From: a virus
Taxonomy: Duplodnaviria; Caudoviricetes
Virus record (IMG/VR): IMGVR_UViG_642918914_000001
Location: 64,001 to 128,000 of that record
Length of the DNA stretch: 64,000 nt
Strand: one strand, 5' to 3'
How positions within the stretch are numbered: position 1 is the first letter of the stretch; the number at the start of each line of letters is the position of its first letter. Shown one piece after another: positions 1-9,900 of the stretch. A model generated the notes under the pieces. The model made no database searches, had not been told where the DNA came from, and saw only the letters and a program-made list of their open reading frames with translations. The position numbers were made by a program, and so were the translations under genes.

Positions 1-16
1 TCAATCGGATCACAGC

Positions 17-568
17 GTGAACGATGTGGTGCAGCCCACGATTCCTGTGACTGGCGCCATCCGTCGTCTGCAGACGACTGCTGCCTCCAAGTATCCGCCG
101 CTGCGTCAGCCACTGCCCAAGGAACCGCCCACGTACAACATCGTCGGGTACCATGCAACACCCATCGACAATTGGGCCTCGATCAAGGCGAAGGGACTGG
201 CTATCGGCAAGTCGTCGCCCGCAGCGCAAGACTGGGTCGGTAAGTGGAGCGGCAAGGCCGTCTACTTCCATCTGCAGTTCCCTTCGCACGAGCTGGCGAA
301 CGGCTACGACCCAGATACTGGCGAACCGTACACCATCACCATCGAGACCAAGCTGCATCACGGTGCGGAGTATTTCGTACCGGACGAAGATGCAGCGACC
401 AACGTCGATGAGACGCCTGACGTCATCCGTCACAAAGGCTCGATCGCCGTCGGTTATCCAACGCCGCCCGGCGACTTCATCCGCGTACATCTGGTCGACA
501 CGCTGGCCGCTCGCGCATGGGCCAAGGCCAATGTCAAGCGCTGGCCCGTTACCTTCCACAAGGTCTGA
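17..568 (+). CDS. ADP-ribosyltransferase-like (H-Y clan) protein with capsid-leader-like motif; possibly 5'-partial
   Basis: YHATPIDNWASIKAKGL...KAVYF resembles the YHGT..SI..GL..GVYF core of PARP/KptA/DarT-type ARTs. It is preceded by TGAIRRLQTTAAS. The frame is open back to the window start. Confidence 0.6.
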   Translation: MNDVVQPTIPVTGAIRRLQTTAASKYPPLRQPLPKEPPTYNIVGYHATPIDNWASIKAKGLAIGKSSPAAQDWVGKWSGKAVYFHLQFPSHELANGYDPDTGEPYTITIETKLHHGAEYFVPDEDAATNVDETPDVIRHKGSIAVGYPTPPGDFIRVHLVDTLAARAWAKANVKRWPVTFHKV

Positions 569-570
569 TC

Positions 571-2130
571 ATGGCAACTCCTACTCCGCTCCTGTACAAC
601 AAAGATCCGAACCAAGACACGATCATCGCGGCAGATGTCAGCCCGTGGCTATTGACGGGCGAAACGCTGACCAGTATCGCGCTGCTGCCGGTGTCTCCCA
701 GCACCACGCCTGCGCTCACCGCTACACTGATCAGTGCGCCGAACATCACGCCCGCCAACATCACGCTGTCAGGGGGCGTAAACGGAGTTAGCTACGGATT
801 CCAACTGCAGGTGACGACCAACGCGCGTGTGCTGCTGGTCCAAGTCGCCGCTTCCTGCTATTCCAATCAGCAGTTCGATCCGTACACAGCGCAGAATCCG
901 TATGCGTACCAGGACCTTGTTGACCAGCTGGAAGTCGGTCAGTCTGCGGTGGGCACCGCGGTCTTCGCGTTCCCACCGCAGATCGATCCGAAGGGTGGCA
1001 ACGTCCGATACGAACTGCTGGCCGACGACGGCACCGTGTTCTCCACAGGCAACGCCTTCTCCTACGTGATCTCCAGCAACGGGCTGGCCAACATCGTGAA
1101 AGCGCAGTGCGTTGTGGTGGCGCCTACCACGTTGCCTCCGACGCTTCTGGGTCAGTCGTATCAACTGCGATACACGCTGGAGCTTCCGCAGTCGTCCGGC
1201 ATTCCTGCCGATCCACTGACCGGCAATCTTGGCCAGAACACGTTCTTCCAGTTCGAGAACATCACGATCGTGGACAACGTGAGCGTGCCGCTTGGTGCGC
1301 AGCCCACGGTCGAGCTCAAGGGCATGCCCGCGCATCTGTCGCTGGTCACGGACAAGATGTACGACAATGTGACGTTGGAGCTGCAAGCCAACAACCAGAC
1401 GCTGGCTGGTCCCAGTCCCATCACCGAATATCAGCGAACTGCTGACGGATGGGCATGGTCCGGTGTGCTGGACACGACGAACCTCACAGTGTCGCTGGTG
1501 CCTTACACCATCGTCTGGCGTTACTGGTCGTCCGCTGCGCCAAGCCTCGTGTATCAGGAAGCGACCGAGCTGTTCGTGGTGAATGCCAGCATGCTCACCG
1601 CCATGAACGATGTGCGCGCTCGCATCAACAAGGCGCATACCACGCTGTACGGAGCACCCGACATGCTATTCCCCAATCCCACCGTGATGACGTGGTTGCG
1701 TCGAGGCGCTGACATGTTCAACGGTGCGTACGGTCAGTTCACCGCCTTCACGATGACCAACGCGCTGGGCGTGATCCGCGAATACTGGCTGATCTGCGCT
1801 GAGAAAGCCGCGCTCGAAGCTCAACTGCTGGCCGAGGGTGAGAAGGCATTCAACTTCCAAGGCGCTGCCATCTCGTTGGACGTGGACCGGGTCACCGCCT
1901 ACGACAATCTGATCGGCAAGCTCCAGCAGCAGTTGGACACCGAACTCAAACCCATCAAGCAGAACCTCATCATCAAGGGCGTTACCAAGGGCGACGGATC
2001 GACCGATCCCACCAAGCTGCAAATCGGTGCGATCGGTGCAGTGGGCATCTCCATCACCAACGCCAACGTCTGGGGTCGCGCGGGTACGCCTTACGGTGCG
2101 TTCGGCCTCAACCCTGGAGGACTCACATGA
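571..2130 (+). CDS. Virion structural protein (probable neck/head-tail connector with N-terminal Ig-like adaptor domain)
   Basis: ATG at 571 follows the upstream stop. The N-terminus KDPNQDTIIAADVSPWLLTGETLTS resembles phage fibre-adaptor domains. The middle is beta-rich and the C-terminus helical. Function is inferred from context. Confidence 0.5.
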   Translation: MATPTPLLYNKDPNQDTIIAADVSPWLLTGETLTSIALLPVSPSTTPALTATLISAPNITPANITLSGGVNGVSYGFQLQVTTNARVLLVQVAASCYSNQQFDPYTAQNPYAYQDLVDQLEVGQSAVGTAVFAFPPQIDPKGGNVRYELLADDGTVFSTGNAFSYVISSNGLANIVKAQCVVVAPTTLPPTLLGQSYQLRYTLELPQSSGIPADPLTGNLGQNTFFQFENITIVDNVSVPLGAQPTVELKGMPAHLSLVTDKMYDNVTLELQANNQTLAGPSPITEYQRTADGWAWSGVLDTTNLTVSLVPYTIVWRYWSSAAPSLVYQEATELFVVNASMLTAMNDVRARINKAHTTLYGAPDMLFPNPTVMTWLRRGADMFNGAYGQFTAFTMTNALGVIREYWLICAEKAALEAQLLAEGEKAFNFQGAAISLDVDRVTAYDNLIGKLQQQLDTELKPIKQNLIIKGVTKGDGSTDPTKLQIGAIGAVGISITNANVWGRAGTPYGAFGLNPGGLT

Positions 2131-2519
2131 ATGACTTCGGCTCCTGGCTGTGGGAGCTTCTTCGCAGCCTGAAGTGGTCCGATCTTCCGCTGTTGGTGGC
2201 CTGCATCACTGGTCTGTGGCTGTTGTATCGTCTGCAAATGGCGCGCGACTCCTACGACCTGCGATGGTTGATTCTCGACAGCAAGACGCGGCAACCTTCC
2301 ATTCACAAGCTCGGTCAGCTGACGGCACTGGTCGTCAGCACCTGGGCATTCGTCTATCAGACCAATCACAATCAGCTGACCGACTGGTTGTTCATCGGCT
2401 ACTGTGGTGTGTGGGCCAGCTCTACGCTCATCAACTCGCGCATCAGCAAAGATCGCTTGCCAAACGTGAACGACGGCACTGCCCCAAGCGACGGTGATCC
2501 ACAGGCAAAGGATCATTGA
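2127..2519 (+). CDS. Small membrane protein (holin-like, 2-3 TM segments)
   Basis: Hydrophobic stretches LPLLVACITGLWLLY, LTALVVSTWAFVY and WLFIGYCGVWA, plus a charged C-terminal tail. ATGA overlap with the upstream gene. Confidence 0.5.
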   Translation: MNDFGSWLWELLRSLKWSDLPLLVACITGLWLLYRLQMARDSYDLRWLILDSKTRQPSIHKLGQLTALVVSTWAFVYQTNHNQLTDWLFIGYCGVWASSTLINSRISKDRLPNVNDGTAPSDGDPQAKDH

Positions 2520-2520
2520 C

Positions 2521-2528
2521 AATTTGAT
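2521..2528 (+). promoter_or_regulatory. Putative late promoter motif AATTTGAT
   Basis: Intergenic copy of an 8-mer that recurs before many structural-gene units. Confidence 0.6.
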
Positions 2529-2625
2529 GCTGTATGCGGCGCGTCTCTCCTCGCCGCGCTCGGAGGTTCCCTGCCTCCTTAGCCTCACTGATAATACGAA
2601 CACACCATAGCACAACAGGGATTAT

Positions 2626-2985
2626 ATGTTGAAGAATGCAGTACACCGTCTGCGGGCTACCGCCGTTCAAGAGCTGGAAGAAGAGCAAGAAGTCGTTGCT
2701 CAATTCGACCGCACCAAGGACAAGGAACTGCGAGATCTGCAAAACGCTATGCGTGGGGGTGGAGTCGTCTTCAAGTTGGATAAGTACCACCTCTACCATA
2801 AAACGAATCAACGGGAAGTCGCCGAGGAGTTGATGACTGTGTTGAAGATCTTGGATCAACTGGGCCACAAGGCTCGTGTTGTTCCCGGGGTCCTTGCACG
2901 TCCCACCTTCAGCGTGAAGTGTGAAACAGGTCTTGTTCTCCAGCGTCTCAACAACGACGTCCGCCTTTTCTTCTTTATTCCTTAA
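2626..2985 (+). CDS. Hypothetical protein, leader-motif family (MLKNAVHRLRATAV)
   Basis: ORF with a plausible RBS (AGGGA) and an N-terminal AVxRL motif. Confidence 0.7.
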   Translation: MLKNAVHRLRATAVQELEEEQEVVAQFDRTKDKELRDLQNAMRGGGVVFKLDKYHLYHKTNQREVAEELMTVLKILDQLGHKARVVPGVLARPTFSVKCETGLVLQRLNNDVRLFFFIP

Positions 2986-2994
2986 GGAATCATC

Positions 2995-3489
2995 ATGAGT
3001 CAACAGATCAACCATACGCAAGCCAAAGCTGCGCTGACGGCTGCCGGTTTTCCGGTGTCGGCTGGCAGCAACTGGAACAACGTGGACCAAGGTTCGTGGG
3101 ACCAGTTCGCAGCCAGCGCTGCCTACGGAAAAGTCGCCTACGACCTGTACTCGACCAACTACGGTTTCTCGTTCCCCGTGATGCCGGACGCGGTGGCCAA
3201 TGCTGCTGCGAGCGGTGCCTACAGCGCCACTCTGGGTGTGACGCCGCTGACCGCTACGCATGCGGTTGCCATCACCAACTTCGCTTGGAATCTGGTGGAA
3301 ACCAACGGTCCGGGTACGTCGTACGTGTGGGACTTCGGCGACGGCACCGGCACGACGACTACCAGCACGGCAACGGGTCCTGCGAACCACACGTATGCAA
3401 CGGCTGGCTCGTACACGCCGAAGGTCACGGTCACGGTGGGTGGCGTTCCGCACCTCATCTCGGCCGCAGCTCCGGTCGTGGTGTCGTAA
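2995..3489 (+). CDS. PKD (Ig-like) domain virion protein
   Basis: Signature YVWDFGDG...HTYATAGSYTPKVTV. RBS AAGGA. Confidence 0.85.
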   Translation: MSQQINHTQAKAALTAAGFPVSAGSNWNNVDQGSWDQFAASAAYGKVAYDLYSTNYGFSFPVMPDAVANAAASGAYSATLGVTPLTATHAVAITNFAWNLVETNGPGTSYVWDFGDGTGTTTTSTATGPANHTYATAGSYTPKVTVTVGGVPHLISAAAPVVVS

Positions 3490-3806
3490 TGTACGCCCGT
3501 CGCGTTCGTTCTCGAGCGCGAAACGGGTACGGCATATCCTCCATCCGGCGCGATTCGTATTCTACGGTGAACGGTATGAATACGAAAGCCGGATGGTGGG
3601 AACTCCATCGGCAAGTTGAGAAACGATCCGGTGGGCTATGCGAAGCCCGGATCGCCGGAGTGCGATGCGGTAAGCGCGGCAAGGACGTTCACCACATCGT
3701 AAAGCTGAGTGATGGCGGTACCAACTCGATGGCTAATCTTATCCATCTGTGTGAAGACTGCCATGACCGTAGACACAACCACATGTTCCGGAGACGGAAG
3801 AAATGA
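3489..3806 (+). CDS. HNH endonuclease
   Basis: TAATG overlap start at 3489. CEA..C...DVHHIVKLSDGGTNSMANLIHLCEDCHDRRH is a typical HNH/Zn motif. Confidence 0.85.
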   Translation: MYARRVRSRARNGYGISSIRRDSYSTVNGMNTKAGWWELHRQVEKRSGGLCEARIAGVRCGKRGKDVHHIVKLSDGGTNSMANLIHLCEDCHDRRHNHMFRRRKK

Positions 3807-4114
3807 CGTACAACATCAGCGCAGCAACAAAGCGTCTCCAAGGTAGCTTGGAAGTCAATGCCAACAAACTGAAGACAGCCAAAGATGTGCATCGTGCACT
3901 GTCCTTCTACCCAGGTGTCGTGAAAGACAAGGGGATCATGGCCGAGCTTGCCGAAAAGGGGGATGCGCCAGCACCGAAGGATGCTTTCGTTGAGGTACGC
4001 GGGTCGCACATCGTTCCGAAGCATCTCGAGCACATGCACGATCTCGGGATCGAAATCGTATCGATCGAAGTTCTTGGTAGCGCTCATTACGAGCTGCAGG
4101 TGAAATTCCACTGA
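3803..4114 (+). CDS. Small orphan protein, leader-motif family (MTYNISAATKRLQGSLEVNA)
   Basis: ATGA overlap. Shared N-terminal motif. Confidence 0.75.
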   Translation: MTYNISAATKRLQGSLEVNANKLKTAKDVHRALSFYPGVVKDKGIMAELAEKGDAPAPKDAFVEVRGSHIVPKHLEHMHDLGIEIVSIEVLGSAHYELQVKFH

Positions 4115-4121
4115 AGACATC

Positions 4122-4508
4122 ATGGCCTACGACATCACAGCAGCAGTCAGCCGCTTGGCTGGCACCAAGTGTGCAGTGTTCGCCGATGCACACAGCGAAG
4201 CGGGTATCGCGCTGAAGGAGATCGCCAAGATCCTGGGTCCGCACTTCCTCAAGGACGAGCGGCCCGGCGAGCAGGTCATCATCTGGCGTACTTCTCAGTT
4301 CAAGGCTGAGCTGTCGCTGAACTTGGACGACGACGTGCTGGACTTCACGTTCAAGGACAAGGGCGCCACCGCTGGCTTCTCGGCCGAAGGCTACAACGCG
4401 CGAACCCTGTTCCAGGACATTCGGCACAACATCACGCAGTACCGTCCGACCAAGAAGGTGCCGACGGACGTGCAGATGGTTCGTGACAAGTTCGAACATC
4501 TGCAATAA
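4122..4508 (+). CDS. Small orphan protein, leader-motif family (MAYDITAAVSRLAGTKCAVFA)
   Basis: Tiles with its neighbours. Shared N-terminal motif. Confidence 0.75.
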   Translation: MAYDITAAVSRLAGTKCAVFADAHSEAGIALKEIAKILGPHFLKDERPGEQVIIWRTSQFKAELSLNLDDDVLDFTFKDKGATAGFSAEGYNARTLFQDIRHNITQYRPTKKVPTDVQMVRDKFEHLQ

Positions 4509-4517
4509 GGAACGATC

Positions 4518-5420
4518 ATGGATCAAGAACGACTGAAGCAACTCATCGCGCTGTTCCTCGAAGCAAACCCGGAACCCAGCGACGCGCAGTTCCACGCGTT
4601 CGCCGAGTCGCTGGGCGTGGACAAGGAAACGCTGGAAGCTGTGTGCTACGAAATGCTGGGCGCTGAAATTCAGCACGAGAAGGACGAAGGCGACGATCAG
4701 CAGTTGGAGGAGCTGGTGGAAGGCGTGTCCACGCACTTCCCTGAAGGCATCGAGGTCGAAGACTTCGGTGTGGTGCAGGCCACGGCGCGACTGCGCCTGA
4801 CCGCTGCTGAAATCGTCGAGCAAGAAGGCGGCGGACAGGGTGAAGTCGGTATCAGCGAACAGCAAGAAGTGTTGCAGGGTGAAGGCGACGCCGAAACCAC
4901 GGACACCGACAACCTGCTGTTGACGGATGGCGCTCCGGTCGGTGATACGACGGACGACGAGATGCAGGACAGCGCGTTGAACGACGGCGCAGGTCCGGGG
5001 GATACGGGTTTGGGCATCGACACGCAGAAGGCATTGCTGCTGAACGATGGGGCACCTGCTCTGCAGCTGGAAAGCGCTGCCCTGCGGCTGACCGCTGGTG
5101 AACGACCTGAAGTATTCGGGATGCCTGCTTACCATCTGTCCAAGAGCAGCGGCACGATCGACCAGCTTGGTCAGGTAGCCGACCGCAAGCCCGAGAAGAT
5201 CACTGGCATTGCAGTCAACACCCCGAAGGGCACAAAGAAGTTCTACTTCTACGGGTCTTCGTCGCTCACCAAGAAGGTCGGCGCCTTCATCAAGTTCAAG
5301 GGCATGAACGGCATCGTGGACGTGCTGGGCGTCATCGACAAGAACGGCAAGGTCAAGACCGGCCAAGAAGGTGCCACCTACGATCGTTCTGACCGGCGTC
5401 CGTACTACGTCTTTAAGTGA
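4518..5420 (+). CDS. Acidic putative internal head protein with two internal leader-like motifs and a basic C-terminal domain
   Basis: RBS AAGGA. D/E-rich body. Internal QATARLRLTAAE and ESAALRLTAGE. Lys-rich C-terminal ~105 aa. Confidence 0.7.
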   Translation: MDQERLKQLIALFLEANPEPSDAQFHAFAESLGVDKETLEAVCYEMLGAEIQHEKDEGDDQQLEELVEGVSTHFPEGIEVEDFGVVQATARLRLTAAEIVEQEGGGQGEVGISEQQEVLQGEGDAETTDTDNLLLTDGAPVGDTTDDEMQDSALNDGAGPGDTGLGIDTQKALLLNDGAPALQLESAALRLTAGERPEVFGMPAYHLSKSSGTIDQLGQVADRKPEKITGIAVNTPKGTKKFYFYGSSSLTKKVGAFIKFKGMNGIVDVLGVIDKNGKVKTGQEGATYDRSDRRPYYVFK

Positions 5421-5427
5421 GGGACCC

Positions 5428-5727
5428 ATGTACGACATCAAAGCCGCGGTCAATCGCCTGCAGCTTACGGCCGACGCCAAGAGCACCATCATGATGCGTG
5501 TGGAGAAAGCGCTGGAAGCTGCGGGCATCGAGTGTGAGGTTGCTGGCAACAGCATTCAGGCGCCGCAGGCTCGCGTCCCGGAAGTCCTGCGTATCCTCAA
5601 GACGCTGGGCCTGCACTACATGGGGCCCCAGACGCGAGGCAATCACACGTTCAACTACAATCGCACGAGCAAGGAGTTGGGATGGATCGACTACTGCCCG
5701 CGTCGCGAACGTATCGACTTCGACTGA
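5428..5727 (+). CDS. Small orphan protein, leader-motif family (MYDIKAAVNRLQLTADA)
   Basis: RBS GAGGGA before the ATG at 5428. Shared motif. Confidence 0.75.
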   Translation: MYDIKAAVNRLQLTADAKSTIMMRVEKALEAAGIECEVAGNSIQAPQARVPEVLRILKTLGLHYMGPQTRGNHTFNYNRTSKELGWIDYCPRRERIDFD

Positions 5728-5734
5728 GGGTTTC

Positions 5735-6067
5735 ATGATCTCAATCAGTGCTGCGCTTTTGCGCCTCGCGTCTACCGAAGTACAGGCCGGTTCCCCGTCC
5801 GCTGCCATCAACGCAATGGAATACGTTGAGCAGACGGTTCGCAAGGCAGGGCTGGCCGTGCAAGACATCGATCACCGGGACACGACTCACATCGCAATGA
5901 CCATCAGCGGTCAGTTCGTGCCGGTGCTCAATGCGCTGACCAAAGCCGGATTCGTTCCGGACCGTACGCAGAAAAAGGGCAGCTTCTACAAGCGGCAGGG
6001 CATGGGTACGATCCGAGTGACTGCCGGTGTCTCGTTCCGTGAAACCATCGTCATCTGTCTGGGTTGA
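5735..6067 (+). CDS. Small orphan protein, leader-motif family (MISISAALLRLASTEVQAG)
   Basis: RBS GAGG before the ATG at 5735. Shared motif. Confidence 0.75.
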   Translation: MISISAALLRLASTEVQAGSPSAAINAMEYVEQTVRKAGLAVQDIDHRDTTHIAMTISGQFVPVLNALTKAGFVPDRTQKKGSFYKRQGMGTIRVTAGVSFRETIVICLG

Positions 6068-6070
6068 CCT

Positions 6071-6778
6071 ATGAACAGTCCCTTCCTCTTCTCGCTGGGG
6101 GTGGCGGTTGCGGATCAGGCACGAGCTCCGCAGCCCACAAGCATTCCCCCAGCGCTCAATCCGTCGAACATCGATCTGTGGTCTGAAGCGGTGAATGGCG
6201 TGCGTGTGAAAGACGTGGTCCAGCATTGGGCACGTGCGCTCAATCGCTACCTGAACCTGTGCACTCAGAACGATCGCTTTCCGTTCCAGCAACTGCACAC
6301 GTCACCCAACGATCAGATCGTCGATATCCTCAAGGATGTGCGCCGTACGTTCGTCAAGTACGTGGACCGTCATCAACTGTATCAGAAGATGAAGATCCGC
6401 ACGGTCGATCGTCAGGTGCGCATGACCGAGACCGGGTTCGTAATCAGCGTGGTGGCGCATGGTCGCATCGAAGACCCGACGTTTCCGCAGATGCTCCTGG
6501 GTTTGAAGCCGACTGGTGATCAGTTCCCATTCGTGCAGCCGCGTCCTCGTTACGAAAAGCAACTCAACCAGTGGCTGAAGATGTGGGCCACCAATCCGGC
6601 GTACGACAATCCAGAGCGTTGGGAGCTGGGATTCGAAGTGAGCGTGCCCATGTTCCCGGATGTTCCGGGCAACGGCATTCCCACCAAGGACCAACTCCAG
6701 TACTTCATCCATCACATCCTGTGGTTGCCTGTCATGAAGGCGACCCGGCCCCGTGGCATCATGCATCGCTTGGTGTGA
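6071..6778 (+). CDS. Hypothetical protein
   Basis: 235-aa ORF that tiles with the operon and has phage-like codon usage. No recognised motif. Confidence 0.7.
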   Translation: MNSPFLFSLGVAVADQARAPQPTSIPPALNPSNIDLWSEAVNGVRVKDVVQHWARALNRYLNLCTQNDRFPFQQLHTSPNDQIVDILKDVRRTFVKYVDRHQLYQKMKIRTVDRQVRMTETGFVISVVAHGRIEDPTFPQMLLGLKPTGDQFPFVQPRPRYEKQLNQWLKMWATNPAYDNPERWELGFEVSVPMFPDVPGNGIPTKDQLQYFIHHILWLPVMKATRPRGIMHRLV

Positions 6779-6791
6779 CGGCGGTAAATAG

Positions 6792-6838
6792 GGAGGCTGC
6801 CCCGGCAATTACTGTCGCGGCAGCCTTCTTGCATTTTG
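6792..6838 (+). terminator. Stem-loop / probable terminator
   Basis: GGAGGCTGCC...GGCAGCCTTC hairpin followed by a T-rich tract. Confidence 0.45.
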
Positions 6839-6924
6839 GACGCACACATCACAATTTGATTGCAAATTTCCCCGATTTGTGGTATCAAATCGTAGTAGTC
6901 CAAAAACCGATAATGGAGCCCTAG

Positions 6925-9900
6925 ATGGCGAATCCAACAATGGTGCGCGCTGACGCAACACGTCTGCGTCCGACGACCAACCTCATCATTCCACCGGGAC
7001 TCACTCTCCCGCGTAAGGAACTGAAGCAGAACTTCATGTACGTGTACACCGGCGCCTTCACGGGCACGGGCAGCTCGTTCATGACGCGTTTGTGGGCTTC
7101 CTCTTTCTTCCCGAGCCTCACCAACAGTCCGAAGTTTGGCAAGACTCGTCCTCGCGCGGTTGCCGATGGGCTGGCCAAAGAACTGCCGATGAACTTCCTG
7201 CGGCTGAAGAAGGTGGACACGCCGAACGATCCGCACTTCGTGGCCAGCGTTCCGCTGTATCAGTTCGCGTCGCATAGCAGCGAACGCACGCTGCGCTTCC
7301 TCATGGACCTGTTCATGGGCCAGCGCTGGTCCAAGACCTTGATCCAGCACACCGCCGAGCAACTGGATGAGGTGAAGGAGTGGAACCAGCAAGCGGCAGA
7401 AGCGCCGAAGGACCAACTGAGCGAGCGCGTGCTGCCCGCATCCCACGTCATCAACAACATGCGGCTGGACGCTATGGGCAGCGAAGCGCTGCGTCAGTGT
7501 CTGCTGCAAGTGCGGATCCAGTCCAAGGGTCTGTACAACGTGATCTTTGCTGACTTCAAGATCCGCAAGGAAGAAGCTCAGCAGCTGACGACCACGGAAT
7601 GGTCGATGCTGCGGTCTATCGACCTGTATCCGTTGCTCCTGCACTGGGTGCGTACCACCTTCGGTGATCGTGGACAGGCGCCGGTCGCGAGCTTCCCGGT
7701 CTCGAAGATCGCGTTCAGCCTTCCGCCGTCGCATGTGGAAAGCGCTCGCGTCAACGACCTCGGCATTTCCGTGGGTCCTGACGGTGCTCCGTACTTCCTA
7801 CCCCGGTCAGTGGACAAGAACCAGACCATCCTGTACGAAGATCGTTACACGGGAGCGGGCACTCGCAACGACGGCAGCTTTGCGCTATTGGATACAGAGC
7901 AGGGCGCCGAAGCGATGAGCTCGGGCCACGAGCCGAAGACCAAGCTGCCGCACAACATGGTGGTAGCCGTCGACTGGCTGAACAACAAGTACAGCTACAC
8001 GAACACCGAAGGCATGCTGTCGGTGATGGACCTCACGCGATTCCAGCCGGCGAACGTGGCGCACATCCACGAGCTGCTGCATTCGCGATCCATCAACGAG
8101 AAGCACGTGTCGTGGTTTGTGTCGCTGGGCGAAGCCGCAGGCGTGCCGCTTACCGCCTTCGAGACGCTGCCGTCGGATTTGGAGGACGTGCAATCCGAGA
8201 CGATGAAGGAAACGCTGAGCCGCACCGCAGGTCCTCTGCTGTGGTTCAAGACCGCTCGTCAGTCGTATGCGCAGGACATCAACGATCTGGTGCCCTTCGC
8301 GTCGATCTCGGTGAACGGCTATAGCGCGATGCGTCCGCTGGCACGCTACTTCAAGCTGATCGAAGCGGCTGTGCGCAACAACATCGAACCCGTCTACCTG
8401 AAGTACAGTGTGATGACGGTGGCCGAGATGTTCTCGTGGCTGGTGCTCATCACGCACTACACAGACGATCTGCCGCGACTCAAGGCTGACGACGCAGCGT
8501 ATCGCCATGCCGCGCTCAATCAGCGCGTGGACCCGGACTACGAAGTTCCGAGCATCCCGCTGATGGCCCCAAACATGGGCTTCCTGCCGCACCAGAAGAA
8601 GGTGCGCAACCTGATGAAGGACAGCCCGGACTTCGCAATCATGCCGGTGCAGACGGGCGGCGGCAAGTCCATCCTTCTGCTGACCGACCTGCTGCTGGAG
8701 TTCAAGGCCAATCGCAACGAACCATATCTGGTGTTGTGTCCGTCGCACTTGGTGCCCAACTACGTGAAGGAAGCAGTGTACTTCACGGGCGGCAAGCTCA
8801 ACGTGATCGCCATCACCAATCCGGCCATCCGCCAGAACGGCTGGAAGCGGTTGCAGGCCATCATGATGGCGGCACCTCGCAACACGGTCGTGGTTGTGGC
8901 GCTGGACACGTTGAAGTTCCGTCCGCGTACTGTGTCGTACGGCACGACTCCGGTCGACGTGTTCCCGGTCATCGACTTCCTGCGTCAGTTCAAGTTCGGC
9001 TACGTGGCAATCGACGAGGCACACCGCATCAAGGGAGCGACTGCTCGCAACAAGTCAGTGATGGCACTGGTCGCTGACATTCCGAAGAAGCGTCTGGCGT
9101 CGGGCACCTTCGTGCACGATTCGCCGTCGGACTTGGCGATGACCATCGCTGCGTTGGATCCCACGCTGTTTGGTACGCGCGAGGAATTCAACGACAAGTA
9201 CGGGTTGGAGGTGCGTGGAGGCCGCGTTATCAAGTGGAAGCCCAACGCACAGCGCGAGATCATGCAGAAGATCCGCAGCCGCGTGGTGATCGCCGGTGCA
9301 ATGCGCAAGGAATGGGCTGCGTTCCTGCCCAAGAAGGTGGAATGGGTTGGTGGTGTCAACTTGACTCCGGCGCAGCAAGCAGTGTACGAAGATCTGTTGA
9401 ACAAGGTCATCGAGCAGATCGAGCAGGACGCCAAGACCAACAAGGCGTTGCAGGACTTCGTGAAGGGACGCCACGCCAAGGACAACGTCCGTGACGATGA
9501 AGCGGACGTGGAAGCCGAGGACGAAGTCGAAGACGAACGCGACGATGTGGATGAGGACGCTGGTGAAGATCTCAGCGCCATGCTCAACCCGTATCTCGCA
9601 CGCCTCGAACAGTTCTTGGTGGCACCGGGCAGCGATCCTTTGGGTGCAGCACTGCTCAAGGGTGAAGACCTGCTGAGCCCGAAGGTTGCGCTCATCTACA
9701 AGCGAATCCGCCTACACCTTGAGGGCGGTGAAGCTGATGGCAAACCATACGGTCCGTTCCCAGGCAAGGTCATCGTGTTCTGCAATCAGGTGGCCGCAGC
9801 CGAAGAGATCTTCAACAGCGCACCGCCTGATCTGAAGAAGAGTGGTCTGCTGTACAAGGCCAGCGACAAGGTGGAAATCCTGTCGCAGCTGGAGAACAAC

